From Eledone cirrhosa (lineage: Eukaryota), in assembly GCA_964016885.1 (NCBI GenBank), contig OZ024741.1, positions 200,384,001-200,448,000 on the forward strand: a stretch of DNA of 64,000 bases, in the 5' to 3' direction. The notes beneath the pieces were generated by a model. It was given only the letters and a program-made list of their open reading frames with translations. It was not told the origin of the DNA and made no database searches. How positions within the stretch are numbered: position 1 is the stretch's first letter; each line of letters begins with the position of its first letter. The translations under genes were made by a program, and so were the position numbers. Shown piece by piece: positions 50,401 through 63,218 of the stretch.

Positions 50401-50847
50401 GCATGCATCTAAGATCCCGTTCCAGTCGCCCACTAACTCTAAAGAGCGGGACGTTCCAAGAAAGGTCTCCAGACGCCGGAAGAAATCAGGCCGCCCTGCT
50501 CCTCTCGGGGCATAGACGGCCACTAGTCTGAAAGCTTGCCCGTCTCCGCTGGTCACGTCCAGCACCACTAACTTACCTTCTGGGTCCAGGAAGATGGCCC
50601 GTATGGCGAGATCCAAACCTCTCCGACAAAGCACAGCAACTCCTCCCCCCGATACAGGACGGCTGGGAGATGCATACACATCGTAGCCGCTGAAGATCGG
50701 TGCGAAGGCCCGTGCTTCGGAGATTCTGGTCTCGCTGGTGGCCACTACATCTATGTTTAGTGACCTGAGGTCGTTGAGCAGGTAGCCCTGCTTCCATGAC
50801 GACCCCAAGCCACGCGCATTTATGCTGCCTATTCTGAGTGAGGTCAT
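47456..50847 (-). pseudogene. Copy 4 ORF2, frameshifted in the APE/linker region, RT and C-terminus open
   Basis: Fragments 50275..50883, 49967..50311, 49375..49818 and 47456..49429. Confidence 0.88.
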
Positions 50848-50881
50848 GTTGAAATGGAGTGGAAAAGATGGGAAAGACCAC

Positions 50882-52769
50882 ATACCTTACTTCTTGTAGA
50901 GTAAGGATGGTTTCTCCATCCATTTCACTGCTTGAGGCCTCCTCCGGAAGGATGTCCTTATAAATCCTCCTGGAGAATGCTTGTCGGAAGTCTCCGATGT
51001 CTTTGGGGAATTTTTGTTTTAGTGTCGTGTACGTTTTCTGTGTGATGTGAGTGATTTGTATGTGTGGAGGTGGTGTGAACATTTGGGGTATTGTGTAATC
51101 TTTTTCTGTGATGCTGGTGTTGCGTTGGATGTAGTAATTGGTTGTTCAAATTTAATGCTGTGTAGTGTGTATCGTTTTGGTTGTTTTGTTTTGTTTGCGT
51201 TTGTTGTGGGTTTGTTTCTGTTTCGCTTTTTGGTGACGTTTGTGGTGTTGGGCTTAATGATGGTGATGGTGTTGGTGTTTGTGGTGATGGGGTTGGTGAT
51301 GCTGGTGTGGATGGTGGCATAGCTGTCATAACTTTTTTGTTTGATAGTTTATTTGTTTCCCTCTGTATTTTGTTTTTGGAGGGGGAAGGAAGAGGATTTT
51401 TTTCTTTTTTGGCTTCTTTTTCTTTTTTTCTTTTTTTCCTGATACCGTTTCCCACTCCTCGCCGTCACAATCTGTCTCCAGTTGCGATAGGTCGGGAAGT
51501 GAAAAATCCTCCACAGGCGTTGGTTTTGGTTATGGCGTGGTGGATGGTGTAGGCGCTGGTGCTAGTTCTGGCGCGTTGGGTTTTGGTGGTGTTGGTTTTG
51601 CTACTGTTGCTGGGGTTGTTGCTGCTACAGTTGTTGCTGTCACATCTGCTGCTGGTGGTGTTGATGGTTGAGTCACTGGGGTGGGTAAGAGAGGTGACCT
51701 CAACTTTTTAGCCCGAGAGCAGAAAGCCCTTAGATGGGTTCCTTCACCACAAACGACACACCTAGGCATTCTACCCTCGACGATTACGGTGAGGTGGCTG
51801 CCGTCAGTGAGGTCTATTACCCCTGGGATCTCCTCAATGCTTTTTTGGTCCGCTTGGATCAGGAGCTCCATCCCAGATCCAGACCAGTTCTCCTGCTTTT
51901 CTTTTGCTATTTCGAATATTTTTGTGTCGGCCTCGATGCCGGCGAGGACGGCAGCCATTAGCCAGGGAATTTCGATGGCCGGTGGAACGTGGGTTACCCT
52001 GATCTTTACGAATCTCTGGTCACAATAGCTTGGGACGAGTGTGAAGTCGTCGCTTCTTAATGGGACCATGGAGTGCTCTCTGGCCTCCTGTGGTGTTCCA
52101 TATTTCTGCCCACGTCTGATGTGGGTTTTTTTTGCCCACACATGTCCCAAAGATTTTGGATTTGGGAATCGGATGCCCGTTCCACTCGGCGTGATTTTAT
52201 GTTAATCTTCCGATAAGACACGGTGCATAGGCGACGATGCCCCATTTTATTAGGTGGGTGGGGGTGGGGGCGAGGCTGACCCTGTACCTATCTTTCTTTC
52301 CCATTTTCTTGGCTTCATCTAATTCCTCCTGACTTACCTGGATTGTTTCGCATTTTTTGGCTGTTTTGGCAAACGACACGGTTTTGTTATTCTCATTGTT
52401 GTTGTTGCTGTTGTTGTTATTGGTATTTATGTTATTGTTATTTTTAGTGTCAGTTGTGGTGGTGGTGGCGTCAGTGGTGTTCGGTGTGGAAGAGTCGATT
52501 CTGGGTGAATCCATTTCGATGTTACGAGATAATTTATTTTTTTATTTTGTTTCTGTTGTCGCTGTGGTGGTGGGTGTGGCGGCTTCAACACCTGCAGTCA
52601 TTGGTAATGGCGGGAAATGAATGTCTGCATGAGACAAATTTAAATTATTGCTACTGCTTATATTTTTAGTGTTGGCAAACGTAGTAATATTTACAATGGT
52701 GGTGTCGGTGTGAGGTGTTAGTTTGTGAGGAAGGCTCTCAGCTGCTTGGTGTAGCTGTGAGTCGTCCAT
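50882..52769 (-). pseudogene. Copy 4 ORF1 type A, fragmented
   Basis: Fragments homologous to copy 1 ORF1, including CVVCGEGTHLRAFC. Confidence 0.85.
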
Positions 52770-52983
52770 GATTTTTTTAAAGAAATTTTTTGTTTGATAA
52801 TTATAAAAGTTTAAATTTTGGGCTCAAGGCCCCAATCTTTTTGAGTGTCCTTTTCAGAAAGCAATGTATGTGCACTTATAAACAGTTAACAACAAAAATT
52901 TTCCATAAATGGCAATTTTAAACAACTGAAAACAACAAACCATTGCGGAGCTCACGATAATACGATTTCCTACGTAGGTCGCC

Positions 52984-53031
<48 letters not shown>

Positions 53032-53033
<2 letters not shown>

Positions 53034-56000
53034 CACCTGAAGCAGACAATGATCTGAATGCTGAGATAAATAATACCTGGAACAGAGATACGGCCACTGA
53101 GGAGATGAATGCTGACGGGCTAGGACAAGATTTGGTTGATATCCTAAACTTAGTGGTAGATGAATTCAACAATGATAGTGGGAAACCTATGAACCTAAGA
53201 TTTGTAGACAGGAAAAAGTTAAAAGAAACAACAGCTAAGGTAAACAAAGTCATCACATACCTTGAGGTGAGGAGCCTTCACCAGTGCAACAATATCATCA
53301 AAGCAACAGCAAATACGGTGAGGAAACTACTTGGTATAAAATCGAGAGGAAACAACAGACAAGAAAGATCAGAGCCTTGGTGGCAGAAACGACTGAGTGG
53401 TCAAATCAGGGAAATGAGAAATGACATTGGAAAGCTTGAGTCCCTACTGAATGGGACACTAAAAAACATAGACACTAAAAATAGACTGCAAATAAATTAC
53501 AAAACTATGAGGAAAAAGCTAAATATTATCATAGAGGAACTGAAGCAACACATTGTAGCAAAGAGTGCAAAAATCAGGCGATACGAGAACAGAGTCAGTC
53601 AGTATAGACAGAACCGCATGTTCGACAACAACCAGAAGATGCTGTTTGGACAGCTTGAAGGGAAAGAAAGAGGCAACGACTTGATCCCTGAGGCGGAACA
53701 AACTAAAACATTCTGGAGAGGAATATGGGAGCAGGATGTTAAACATAATGACCAGGCAGTGTGGATTGAGACAGTACAGTAGGAGATTAGTGAACAGGCA
53801 CACCAACAAACTGATTTGAGTATCACAGTTGAAACTCTTAAGGGGCAGGCCAAAAAACTAACCAACTGGAAATCACCAGGCCCAGATGGTGTGCAGGGGT
53901 ATTGGATTAAAAATATAACATCCCTCCACCCGAAACTGACAACCATGTTCAATGACTGCTTGATGTCAAGTGAGGTACCAGAGTGGTTGACAAAAGGTAC
54001 CACAGTTCTGATAATGAAAGACCGAATCAAGGGTAATGATGTTACCAACTATAGACCTATCACATGTCTGTCCATAATGTGGAAACTGTTAACAAGCATT
54101 GTGTCTGAGGAAATCTACCATCACCTGCACATAAACAACTTGTTAACGGACGAACAGAAAGGATGCCGAAAGAAGTTCCGTGGTACAAAAGACCAGTTAC
54201 TTATTGATAAGATGGTAATGAGGAATTGCAAGAGGAGACATACTGGTCTTGCCATGGGATGGATAGATTACAAAAAGGCATTCGACATGGTACCTTATTC
54301 TTGGATAACCAAAAGCCTAGAGATGTTCAAGGTGGCAGATAACACCAGACAGTTGTTGAGCAAAAGTATGAAGTCCTGGAAAACAGAGTTAACATCGGGT
54401 GGAGAATCCCTGGGAGGCGTGAAGATCAAGAGAGGTATCTTCCAGGGAGATAGTTTGTCCCCTCTGTTGTTTGTCCTTGCCCTGATACCCCTGACCATTA
54501 TACTGCGAAAAGTGAGAGCAGGTTACAAGTTGGGAAAAGGAGAGCTTACCATCAACCACCTCCTCTTCATGGACGATCTTAAGCTCTTCGGGAAGAGTGA
54601 GGAGGAGTTGGATGTACTTGTTGACACTGTCCGTATTTTCAACAATGATATATGTATGCAATTTGGTATTAGTAAGTGTGGAGTCCTTGTGATGAAGAGG
54701 GGTAAATTGAGCAGAAGTAACGGAATCCAGGTACCAACAGGTGAGATGATAAAGGAAATTGACTCTGAAGAAGGATACAAGTATTTGGGTGTTCTGGAGG
54801 CTGATGACATCAAGAACAAAAAAAATGAAGGAATTGATAAGAACTGAATACATTCGGAGTGTAAGGAGCGTATTAAAGTCACATCTGAACAGTAGGAATG
54901 CCATAAGTGCAGTAAATTCCCGAACTGTGTCTCTTATTAGGTACAGTGCGGGAATTCTGAGATGGAATGTTGCTGAACAAAAAGAAATGGATAGGAAGAC
55001 TAGGAAGCTATTGACTATCTACAACATGTTCCACAAAAGGAGTGATGTCGATGGACTCTACTTAAGGAGATCTGAAGGTGGAAGAGGTCTTATCAGCATA
55101 GAGGACTGTGGTCAGATGGAGAAAAACAACCTACACAAATACGTGACTGATAGTAAGGAGCCAATACTCAGAACTGTACTGAAGGAGGGGACAATAGACC
55201 AGGGGATGTCGAAGGAGGAAATAACATCAAGGAGAAAGAGCAGACTTCAGGAAAAAAAAATCCCTTCATAGTACCTTCTTTGAGAAAACTGAATTTAGAG
55301 ATCCACAGACATGGAACTGGTTGAAAAGAGGAGACCTTAAAAAGGTTACAGAAGGAATGTTAATGGCTGCGCAGGAGCAGGCCCTCAAAACGAAGTGGTT
55401 GAAACACCATATTTACAAGGAGGAGGCTAGCCCACTGTGCAGGATCTGTGGAGAGAGAGAGGAGACTGTGGCTCACATTGTATCCGAGTGTAAACACGTA
55501 GCCCAGACTCACTATAAGGGCTGGAGACATGATGTGATGGGCAGGGTGATCCACTGGCACCTATGCAAAGTAAACAATTTACCACATTCTGAGAAGTGGT
55601 ATAAGCATAAGCCAGAGTCGGTGATAGAAAACGATCAGGTGAAGGTGCTGTGGGATTTTAGGATACAGACGGACAAGAAACTGGAACACAATAGACCTGA
55701 CCTGGTGGTTTTGGACAAAGAAAAAAGATCGTTCCTGATTGTGGATGTGGCCTGCCCATTCGACACGAGAGTGCAAGAGAAGGAGAGGGATAAAATTAAC
55801 CGATACCAGGACTTAAAGTGGGAGGTAAAAAGGATTTGGAACTGCCATGAAGTCAAAGTGATCCCGATTGTCATAGGCGCACTAGGGACTATCTCAAAAA
55901 GTTTCCAGGGATGGTTAAAGAAAATTGGCCCCTTCACGCTTTTTGGAACGCTTCAAAAGGCATGCTTGCTGGGAACAGCAAGAACCCGCCGATACGTCCT

Positions 56001-56084
56001 GAATATCTGAGGCTGCAGGTTGTGACTTGATATTCATTTCAACAAACTTTCCAGTTAACTAACATCAATGACTGAGACTCAAAG
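53032..56084 (+). mobile_element. R4/Dong-clade RLE non-LTR retrotransposon, 5'-truncated, degenerate (copy D1)
   Basis: RT ([25 protein letters not shown]), then CRICGEREETVAHIVSEC, RHD and NRPDLVV..IVDV restriction-like endonuclease, LQKACLLGT end; (AAT)n tail. Confidence 0.88.
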
Positions 56085-56108
56085 AATAATAATAATAATA
56101 ATAATAAT

Positions 56109-59100
56109 GGTATATTTAAATTAGATGAACAAAAACTGGCCGGGCAGGCTCGGGTAATAAGAACTAATGGATGGATAAGCGAGTTGGAACTGGAGGAACT
56201 GAGCAGAGAGATTAGGTTGGAAATGGAGAGTGGAGTATGTCAGGCAAACGAGCCAGTGGGAAATGACGGCGAAGAGGTTGAGAGACCTGAGGAAGCATCC
56301 GAAGCAGACAATGATCTGAATGTTGAAATAAATAACATCTGGAACAAAGATACGGCCATTGAGGAAATGAATGCTGACGGCCTAGGACAAGATTTGGTTG
56401 ATATCCTGAACTTAGTGGTAGATGGAATGAACAATGATAGTGGAAAACCTAAAATTTGTAGGCAGGAAAAAATTAAAAGAAACAACAGCTAAGGTAAACA
56501 AAGTCATCCCATACCTTGAGGTGAGGAACCTTCACCCATGCAACAATATCCTCAAAGCAACAGCAAATGCAGGGAGGTAATTACTTGGAATAAAAACGAG
56601 AGGAAACAACAAACAAGAAAGATCAGAAGCTTGCTGAAAGAAACGACTGAATGGTCAAATCAAGGAAATGAGAAAAGACATTGGAAAGCTTGAGTCCCTA
56701 CTGAATGGGACATTACAAAACATAGACACTAAAAATAGATTGGAAATAAAGTACAAAACTAGGGGAAAAAGGTAAATATTATCATAGAGGAACTGAAGCA
56801 ACGCATTGTAGCAAAAAGTGCAAAGATTAGGCGGTATGAGGGCAGAGTCAGTCAGTATAGACAGAACCGCATCTTTGACAACAGCCAGATGTTGTTTGGA
56901 CAGCTTGAAGGGAAAGAAAGAGGCAACGACTTGATCCCTGAGGCGGAACAAACTAAGACATTCTGGAGAGGAATATGGGAGCAGGATGTTGAACATAATG
57001 GTCAGGCAGTGTGGACTGAGACAGTACAAAAGGAGATTAGTGAACAAGCACACCAACAAACGGATTTGAGTATCACAGTTGAAACTCTTAAAGGGCAGGC
57101 CAAAAAACTAATCAACTGGAAATCACCAGGCCCAGATGGTGTGCAGGGGTATTGGATTAAAAATATAACAACCCTTCACCCGAAACTGACAACCATGTTC
57201 AATGGCTGTTTGATGTCGGGTGAGGTACCAGAGTGCTTGACAAAAGGTACCACAGTTCTGGTAATGAAAGACCGAATCAAGGGTAATGATGTTACCAACT
57301 ATAGACCTATCAATTCTAATGTGGAAACTGTTAACAAGCATTGTGTCTGAGGAAATCTACCATCACCTCCACATAAACAACTTGTTACCGGACGAACAGA
57401 AAGGATGCCGAAAGAAGTTCCGTGGTACAAAAGACCAGTTACTTATTGATAAGATGATAATGAGGAATTGCAAGAGGAGACATACTGTTCTTGCCATGGG
57501 ATGGATAGATTACAAAAAGGCATTCGACATAGTACCTCATTCTTGGATAACCAAAAGCCTAGAGATGTTCAAGGTGGCAGATAACACCAGACAGTTGTTG
57601 AGCAAAAGTATGAAGTCCTGGAAAACAGAGTTAACATCGGGTGGAGAATCCCTGGGAGGCGTGAAGATCAAGAGAGGTATCTTCCAGGGAGATAGTTTGT
57701 CCCCTCTGTTGTTTGTCCTTGCCCTGATACCCCTGACCATTATATTGCGAAAAGTGAGAGCAGGTTACAAGTTGGGAAAAGGAGAGCTTACCATCAACCA
57801 CCTCCTCTTCATGGACGATCTTAAACTCTTAGGGAAGAGTGAGGAGGATTTGGATGTACTTGTTGACACTTCGTATTTTCAGCAATGATATATGTATGGA
57901 ATTTGGTATTAATAAGTGTGGAGTCCTAGTGATGAAGAGAGGTAAATTGAGCAGAAGCAACGGAATCCAGGTAACAACAGGTGAGATGATAAAGGAAATT
58001 GACACTGAAGAAGGATACAAATATTTAGGTGTTCTGGAGGCAGATGACATCAAGAACAAAAAATTGAAGGAATTGATAAGATCTGAGTACATAAGGACAG
58101 TAAGGAGCGTATTAAAATCACATCTAAATAGTAGGAATGTCATAAATGCAGTAAATTCCCGAGCTGTGTCTATTATTAGGTACAGTGCGGGAATTCTGAA
58201 ATGGAATAATTGCTGAACAGAGAAAAACCGAGAAAAACAACCTGCACAAATATGTGGCTGACAGTAGGGAGCCAATGCTCAAAATTATACTGAAGGAGAA
58301 GACAATAGACCAGGGGATGTCCAAGGAGGAAATAACAACAAGGAGGAAGAGCAAACTTTATGAAAGATCCCTTCATAGCACCTTCCTTAAGAAACGGAAT
58401 TTAGAGATCCACATTAAAAAGAGGAGACCTTCAAAAAGCTACAAATGGCTGCGCAAGAGCAAGCCCTCAGAACGAAGTGGGTGAAACACCATATTTACAA
58501 GGAGGAGGCTAGCTCACTGTGTAGGATCTGTGGAGAGAGATAAAAGGCTGTGGCTCACATTGTATCCGAATGTAAACACCTATCCCAGACTCACTATAAA
58601 GGCTGGAGGCATGATGTGATAGGCAGGGTGATCCATTGGCATCTATGCAAAGTAAATAATTTACCACATTCTGAGAAGTGGTATGAGCATAAGCCAGAGT
58701 CGGTGATAGAAAACGATCAGGTGAAGCTAGTATAGGATTTTAGGATACAGACGGACAAGAAATTAGAACACAATAGGCCTGACCTGGTGGTTTTTGACAA
58801 GGAAAAAAGATCGTGCCTGATTGTAGATGTAGCCTGACCATTTGACACGAGAGTGCAAGAAAAGGAGAAGGAGAAAATTAACCGATACCAGGATTTAAAG
58901 TGGAAGTTAAAAAGGATTTGGAACTGCCATAAAATCAAGATCGTCCCGATTGTCATAGGCGCACTAGGTACTATCTCAAAGAGTTTCCAAGGATGGTTAA
59001 AGAAGATTAGTCCAGCCCCACTTTTTTGAACACTTCAAAAGGTATGCCTGCTGGGAACAGCAAGCACGCTCCGATAATCCTGAATATCTGAGGCTGCAGG

Positions 59101-59165
59101 TAGTGGCTTGATATTCATTTCAACAAACTTTCCAGTTAAATAACATCAATGACTGAGACTCAAAG
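56109..59165 (+). mobile_element. R4/Dong-clade RLE retrotransposon, 5'-truncated, more decayed (copy D2)
   Basis: Homologous to D1 throughout, same 3'UTR ending GACTGAGACTCAAAG, then (AAT)n; internal deletion near 58225. Confidence 0.87.
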
Positions 59166-59195
59166 AACAATAATAATAATAATAATAATAATAAT

Positions 59196-59491
59196 CGATG
59201 TTTGCAAACAAACAGCCTACCTATGCTATGCAAAAGAGGCTAATCAGCCGATGTATACATTAGAAAATATTATATATTATCCATAGTTTAATCGAGTAGC
59301 AGAAAGTTCTGATGAAGGGAAATGACCGAGAAACATGGTGACTGTTCCTCAGTACCACTGATGAACAAACAGATAATAATAGTGATCAAAACCAAAGCAG
59401 AGCATAGTGAGGCGTTTGCTTGTAAACGAATCGAATATTATTATTCGATATAACCCATATTTACATAAAGCGAAACATCAAATTCTGATTT

Positions 59492-59495
<4 letters not shown>
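59196..59495 (+). mobile_element. Penelope-like pseudo-LTR (right flank), inverted relative to the left flank, hammerhead core at 59309-59345
   Basis: CTGATGAAGGGAAATGACCGAGAAACATG; reverse complement aligns to 28720-28975 and 29014-29075. Confidence 0.65.
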
Positions 59496-59535
<40 letters not shown>

Positions 59536-59622
59536 TACTTTTGCAAGACATCCTGATGTCTTCCAAAAGTATAGGTCGCATTTTGAAAGGGTACGTCAAT
59601 GTTTATTTATAAAACTGGTATA

Positions 59623-59695
59623 TATTGTATTTTGTCTGATGAAGACATACCATAATTTAACTTGGTATCCTTGAAATATGTATAATGAAATAAAT
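59623..59695 (+). ncRNA. Minimal hammerhead ribozyme, same family as 6738
   Basis: TATTTTGT-CTGATGA-AG..ATACCA..TGGTAT..CTT-GAAA-TATG-TA-TAATGAAATA. Confidence 0.6.
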
Positions 59696-59819
59696 ATGGT
59701 TTTATAAATATAGTTTCCATTTGTTAATATCGTATATCTACTCCAAATACTTGTCGAGTGCTTTATATCAGTTATAAAAATATTTGCTTGTTGTATCCCA
59801 ACAATTTAAATAGAACTTT

Positions 59820-59898
<79 letters not shown>

Positions 59899-59959
59899 AA
59901 ATCAAATTCTAATTTTATTATATATACATTACATTAAGAAAACAAAACATTAAGAAAAA

Positions 59960-60017
<58 letters not shown>

Positions 60018-60539
60018 GATAAATCTACCAAGAGTTTACGGTAGTGTCCAATCCGTATGAAGAACTCAATGTAATCCGGATATCATGGAAAGAAGAGATG
60101 CAATGAAAAATCACTTTCGGTGAAAGATAAACGGAATACAGAGTCAAGATAAAATATATATATAAGATAAATATATTTATAAGATAAATACATATATATC
60201 CTAGAAACGATCGTTAAATAATGAACTTTTTTTGTTTAATATAAGGAACTGTTTCATTGTTTTATTCATTATTTTTTTAATATTTTATATATATATATAT
60301 AAATGTTTTGTTTGGTGTAGTGTTAGCATAATGTAAAATGTTAATTGAAGAAGGGGTATATTTGGTTTTCTTCTTTTTTATGTAGGTAAATTTTGTTAGA
60401 GCTACGGCTTATATATACACACACATAAACATATATATATATATAGTGTGTGTGTGCGTGCGTGCGTGCGTGTGTGTGTGTTTGTGTGTTTGTGTGTTTG
60501 TGACGTTTTGTCGGATGCTCTAATGATTCTTGCCGAGTA

Positions 60540-60652
60540 ATAATGGTTCCTATTTTAGGCAGAATGCCAGCAATTTGAAGAGAAGGGGAACGTCGATTAA
60601 ATCAATATCAGTGCATTACTGGTACTTATTTTATCGACCCTATAAGGAAGAA
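60540..60652 (-). mobile_element. Degenerate SINE fragment
   Basis: ACTGGTACTTATTTTATCGACCC core of the SINE family. Confidence 0.6.
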
Positions 60653-61724
60653 AGGGTGTTTTTGTGTTTATGTGATTCTAGTCATTTGACCACACTGAAG
60701 CATCTCTGCATGAAAGCCTTTACCTGGTCACTCGAACAACTTCAAATGGCAGCCTAGTCCCATTCATAAATCACATCATACCACCTTAAATAATCATTAT
60801 TTGGCAAAATTACAATAAATTATTGTAGAAATTGGTGCTAAAATGGGAAAAAGTATATATTCTCAACAATTTTCGATATAAACTTTCTATATTTTCCTAT
60901 CAACTATTCTTCGAAATAAACTTTCTGCATTTTCGTATCAACAATTTATCATTTGTGGTACAGTCATCAGCTCACAAACATTATCAGAACTCCCCTAATT
61001 TATTGAAAACCCTTTCTAAATATTGAAGTGGAAATTTAATTGCTTCATTAAAAAGGGGGCTGCAAGAAAGGAAACAAATATTTTTAAAAATCTTTGTTGA
61101 TAATGTATCACTGTCTCAATATAGTTTATCATTAGGGAATCCTAAACTTAACATAAAAAAATATCGATGTAAACAACAGGAACAATAACAAATTCAATAA
61201 CAACAACGACCACGACAAGTACTAACATAACGATAACATTGATAATAACAAACAAAGATGAAAACGTGTTAGATGCTAAAATTATATGAAATCGTTAAAA
61301 ACATATACATTGGTTTACCGTTCATCGGACTTGAAGTAAATATATGCTATGTCAAAAGACTGAAAGAAAGAATAAACTAAACAAAAAACAAACTGAAATA
61401 AAATATAAGTCTTAGGTAAAAAGTAAGTTTTATTTTTAGAAACTACCTTTTTATGAGATCTCAATAAACAAGCAGATTCGGTGTTCTTTGAAGTTTGCCT
61501 TTGATGACAAAAATCGATAAGAAGAAAACGAAGAATAAGAAGAGTCTTGTTAAAGGAAGGAAGAAAATCTTGAACTTTGAAGAATGCTTTTCGGCTCATT
61601 TTCCTATTTAAGGTGTTTATTGAAAGAAACAGGAAGAGAACAGCAGTGTCGGGAAAAAAATCAAAGGTAAAAATCATCACCGACAGAAACGAAACCATGG
61701 GAGGGCCTCCTCCACCCTTTTCCC

Positions 61725-61852
61725 CACCCCACCACCACCACTACCACCACCACTACCACAAACACCCACCACCACCATCATCATCATCATCATCATCGTC
61801 ATGATCACCAACACCCTCATCATCCTTGTCATCGTAGACGTCATCGTCGTCG

Positions 61853-61888
<36 letters not shown>

Positions 61889-61923
61889 CTATCATGATCA
61901 TCATCATCACCACAATCACCACC

Positions 61924-62018
<95 letters not shown>

Positions 62019-62066
62019 GATCATCATCACCACAATCACCACCACCACCACCACCACCACCAACAA

Positions 62067-62117
<51 letters not shown>

Positions 62118-62160
62118 CACTATCATGATCATCAACACCACAATCACCACCACCACCACC

Positions 62161-62194
<34 letters not shown>

Positions 62195-62282
62195 TCACTA
62201 TCATGATCATCATCACCACAATCACCACCACCACCACCACCACCACCACCACCAACATCATCAACATCATCATCATCATCAT
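61725..62282. repeat. Compound (CAT)n/(CAC)n microsatellite with higher-order units
   Basis: Direct reading. Confidence 0.95.
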
Positions 62283-62529
62283 TTCGTTAACAAAAAAAAA
62301 AAAGAGGTGCAAAATTATCGATCGGGCTGTTGATGAACACAAACTAATGTAGTATGCGTTTTCATGAATATTTTGCAGCAGTTCGCCAATGACCCCACCC
62401 CTGCCCCACCCTCACGTCCCCCCCTTTCCGACGATAGCGTGGGATGGTTGGTTGGAAAAGGTAAGGAAGGTGTTCTTAGATGAAAGGAACAGTTGAAACT
62501 TTCACCCCCCCCCCATACACACTCAGACA

Positions 62530-62905
62530 CATATATACATATATACATATATACATATAGACATATATACGTACATGCATGCATGCATACATGCATACAT
62601 ACGTACATACGTCTTGTATATACGTACATTCATACATACATAATTACATATATACATATATATATATATACATACATACATACATATATATATATACATA
62701 CATACATACATACATATATATATATATACATTCATACATACTTACATACATACATAATTACATATATACGTACATATATATATATACATGCATATATATG
62801 CATGCATGCATGCATACATACATACATACGTATATACGTACATTCATACATACATGTATACATACATACATACATATATACATTCATACATACATACATA
62901 CATAA

Positions 62906-62956
<51 letters not shown>

Positions 62957-63018
62957 CATACATATATACATTCATACATACATACATACATATATACATA
63001 CATACATACATACATACA

Positions 63019-63052
<34 letters not shown>

Positions 63053-63106
63053 CATACATATATACATTCATACATACATACATACATATATACATACATA
63101 CATACA

Positions 63107-63140
<34 letters not shown>

Positions 63141-63150
63141 CATACATACA
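62530..63150. repeat. (TACA)n-rich microsatellite
   Basis: Direct reading. Confidence 0.95.
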
Positions 63151-63218
63151 CAATGAAAGTAATGTAGTAAATTGAAAACAAGAATTTGATCAAGAAGCCA
63201 GACGGTGAGTAAAAAGCA

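Larger units (their letters stand above)
47194..52983 (-). mobile_element. Tx1/L1-clade retrotransposon, copy 4: chimeric (type A 5'UTR/ORF1, type B 3' part), decayed 5' half
   Basis: 5' end GGCGACCTACGTAGG as in copy 1; 3'UTR as in copies 2/3; many indels in ~49300-52800. Confidence 0.9.

Noticed and set aside
50882-50884. Stop-codon loss in copy 4 as evidence for ORF1-ORF2 read-through
   Set aside because: Unspliced ORF1 and ORF2 are out of frame in all copies, so read-through alone cannot fuse them
29068-59195. Regular repeat-spacer layout suggestive of CRISPR or a prokaryotic RT system (retron, DGR, group II intron)
   Set aside because: The spacers are 3-6-kb eukaryotic LINEs, the repeats are AAT microsatellites, and there are no cas or accessory genes
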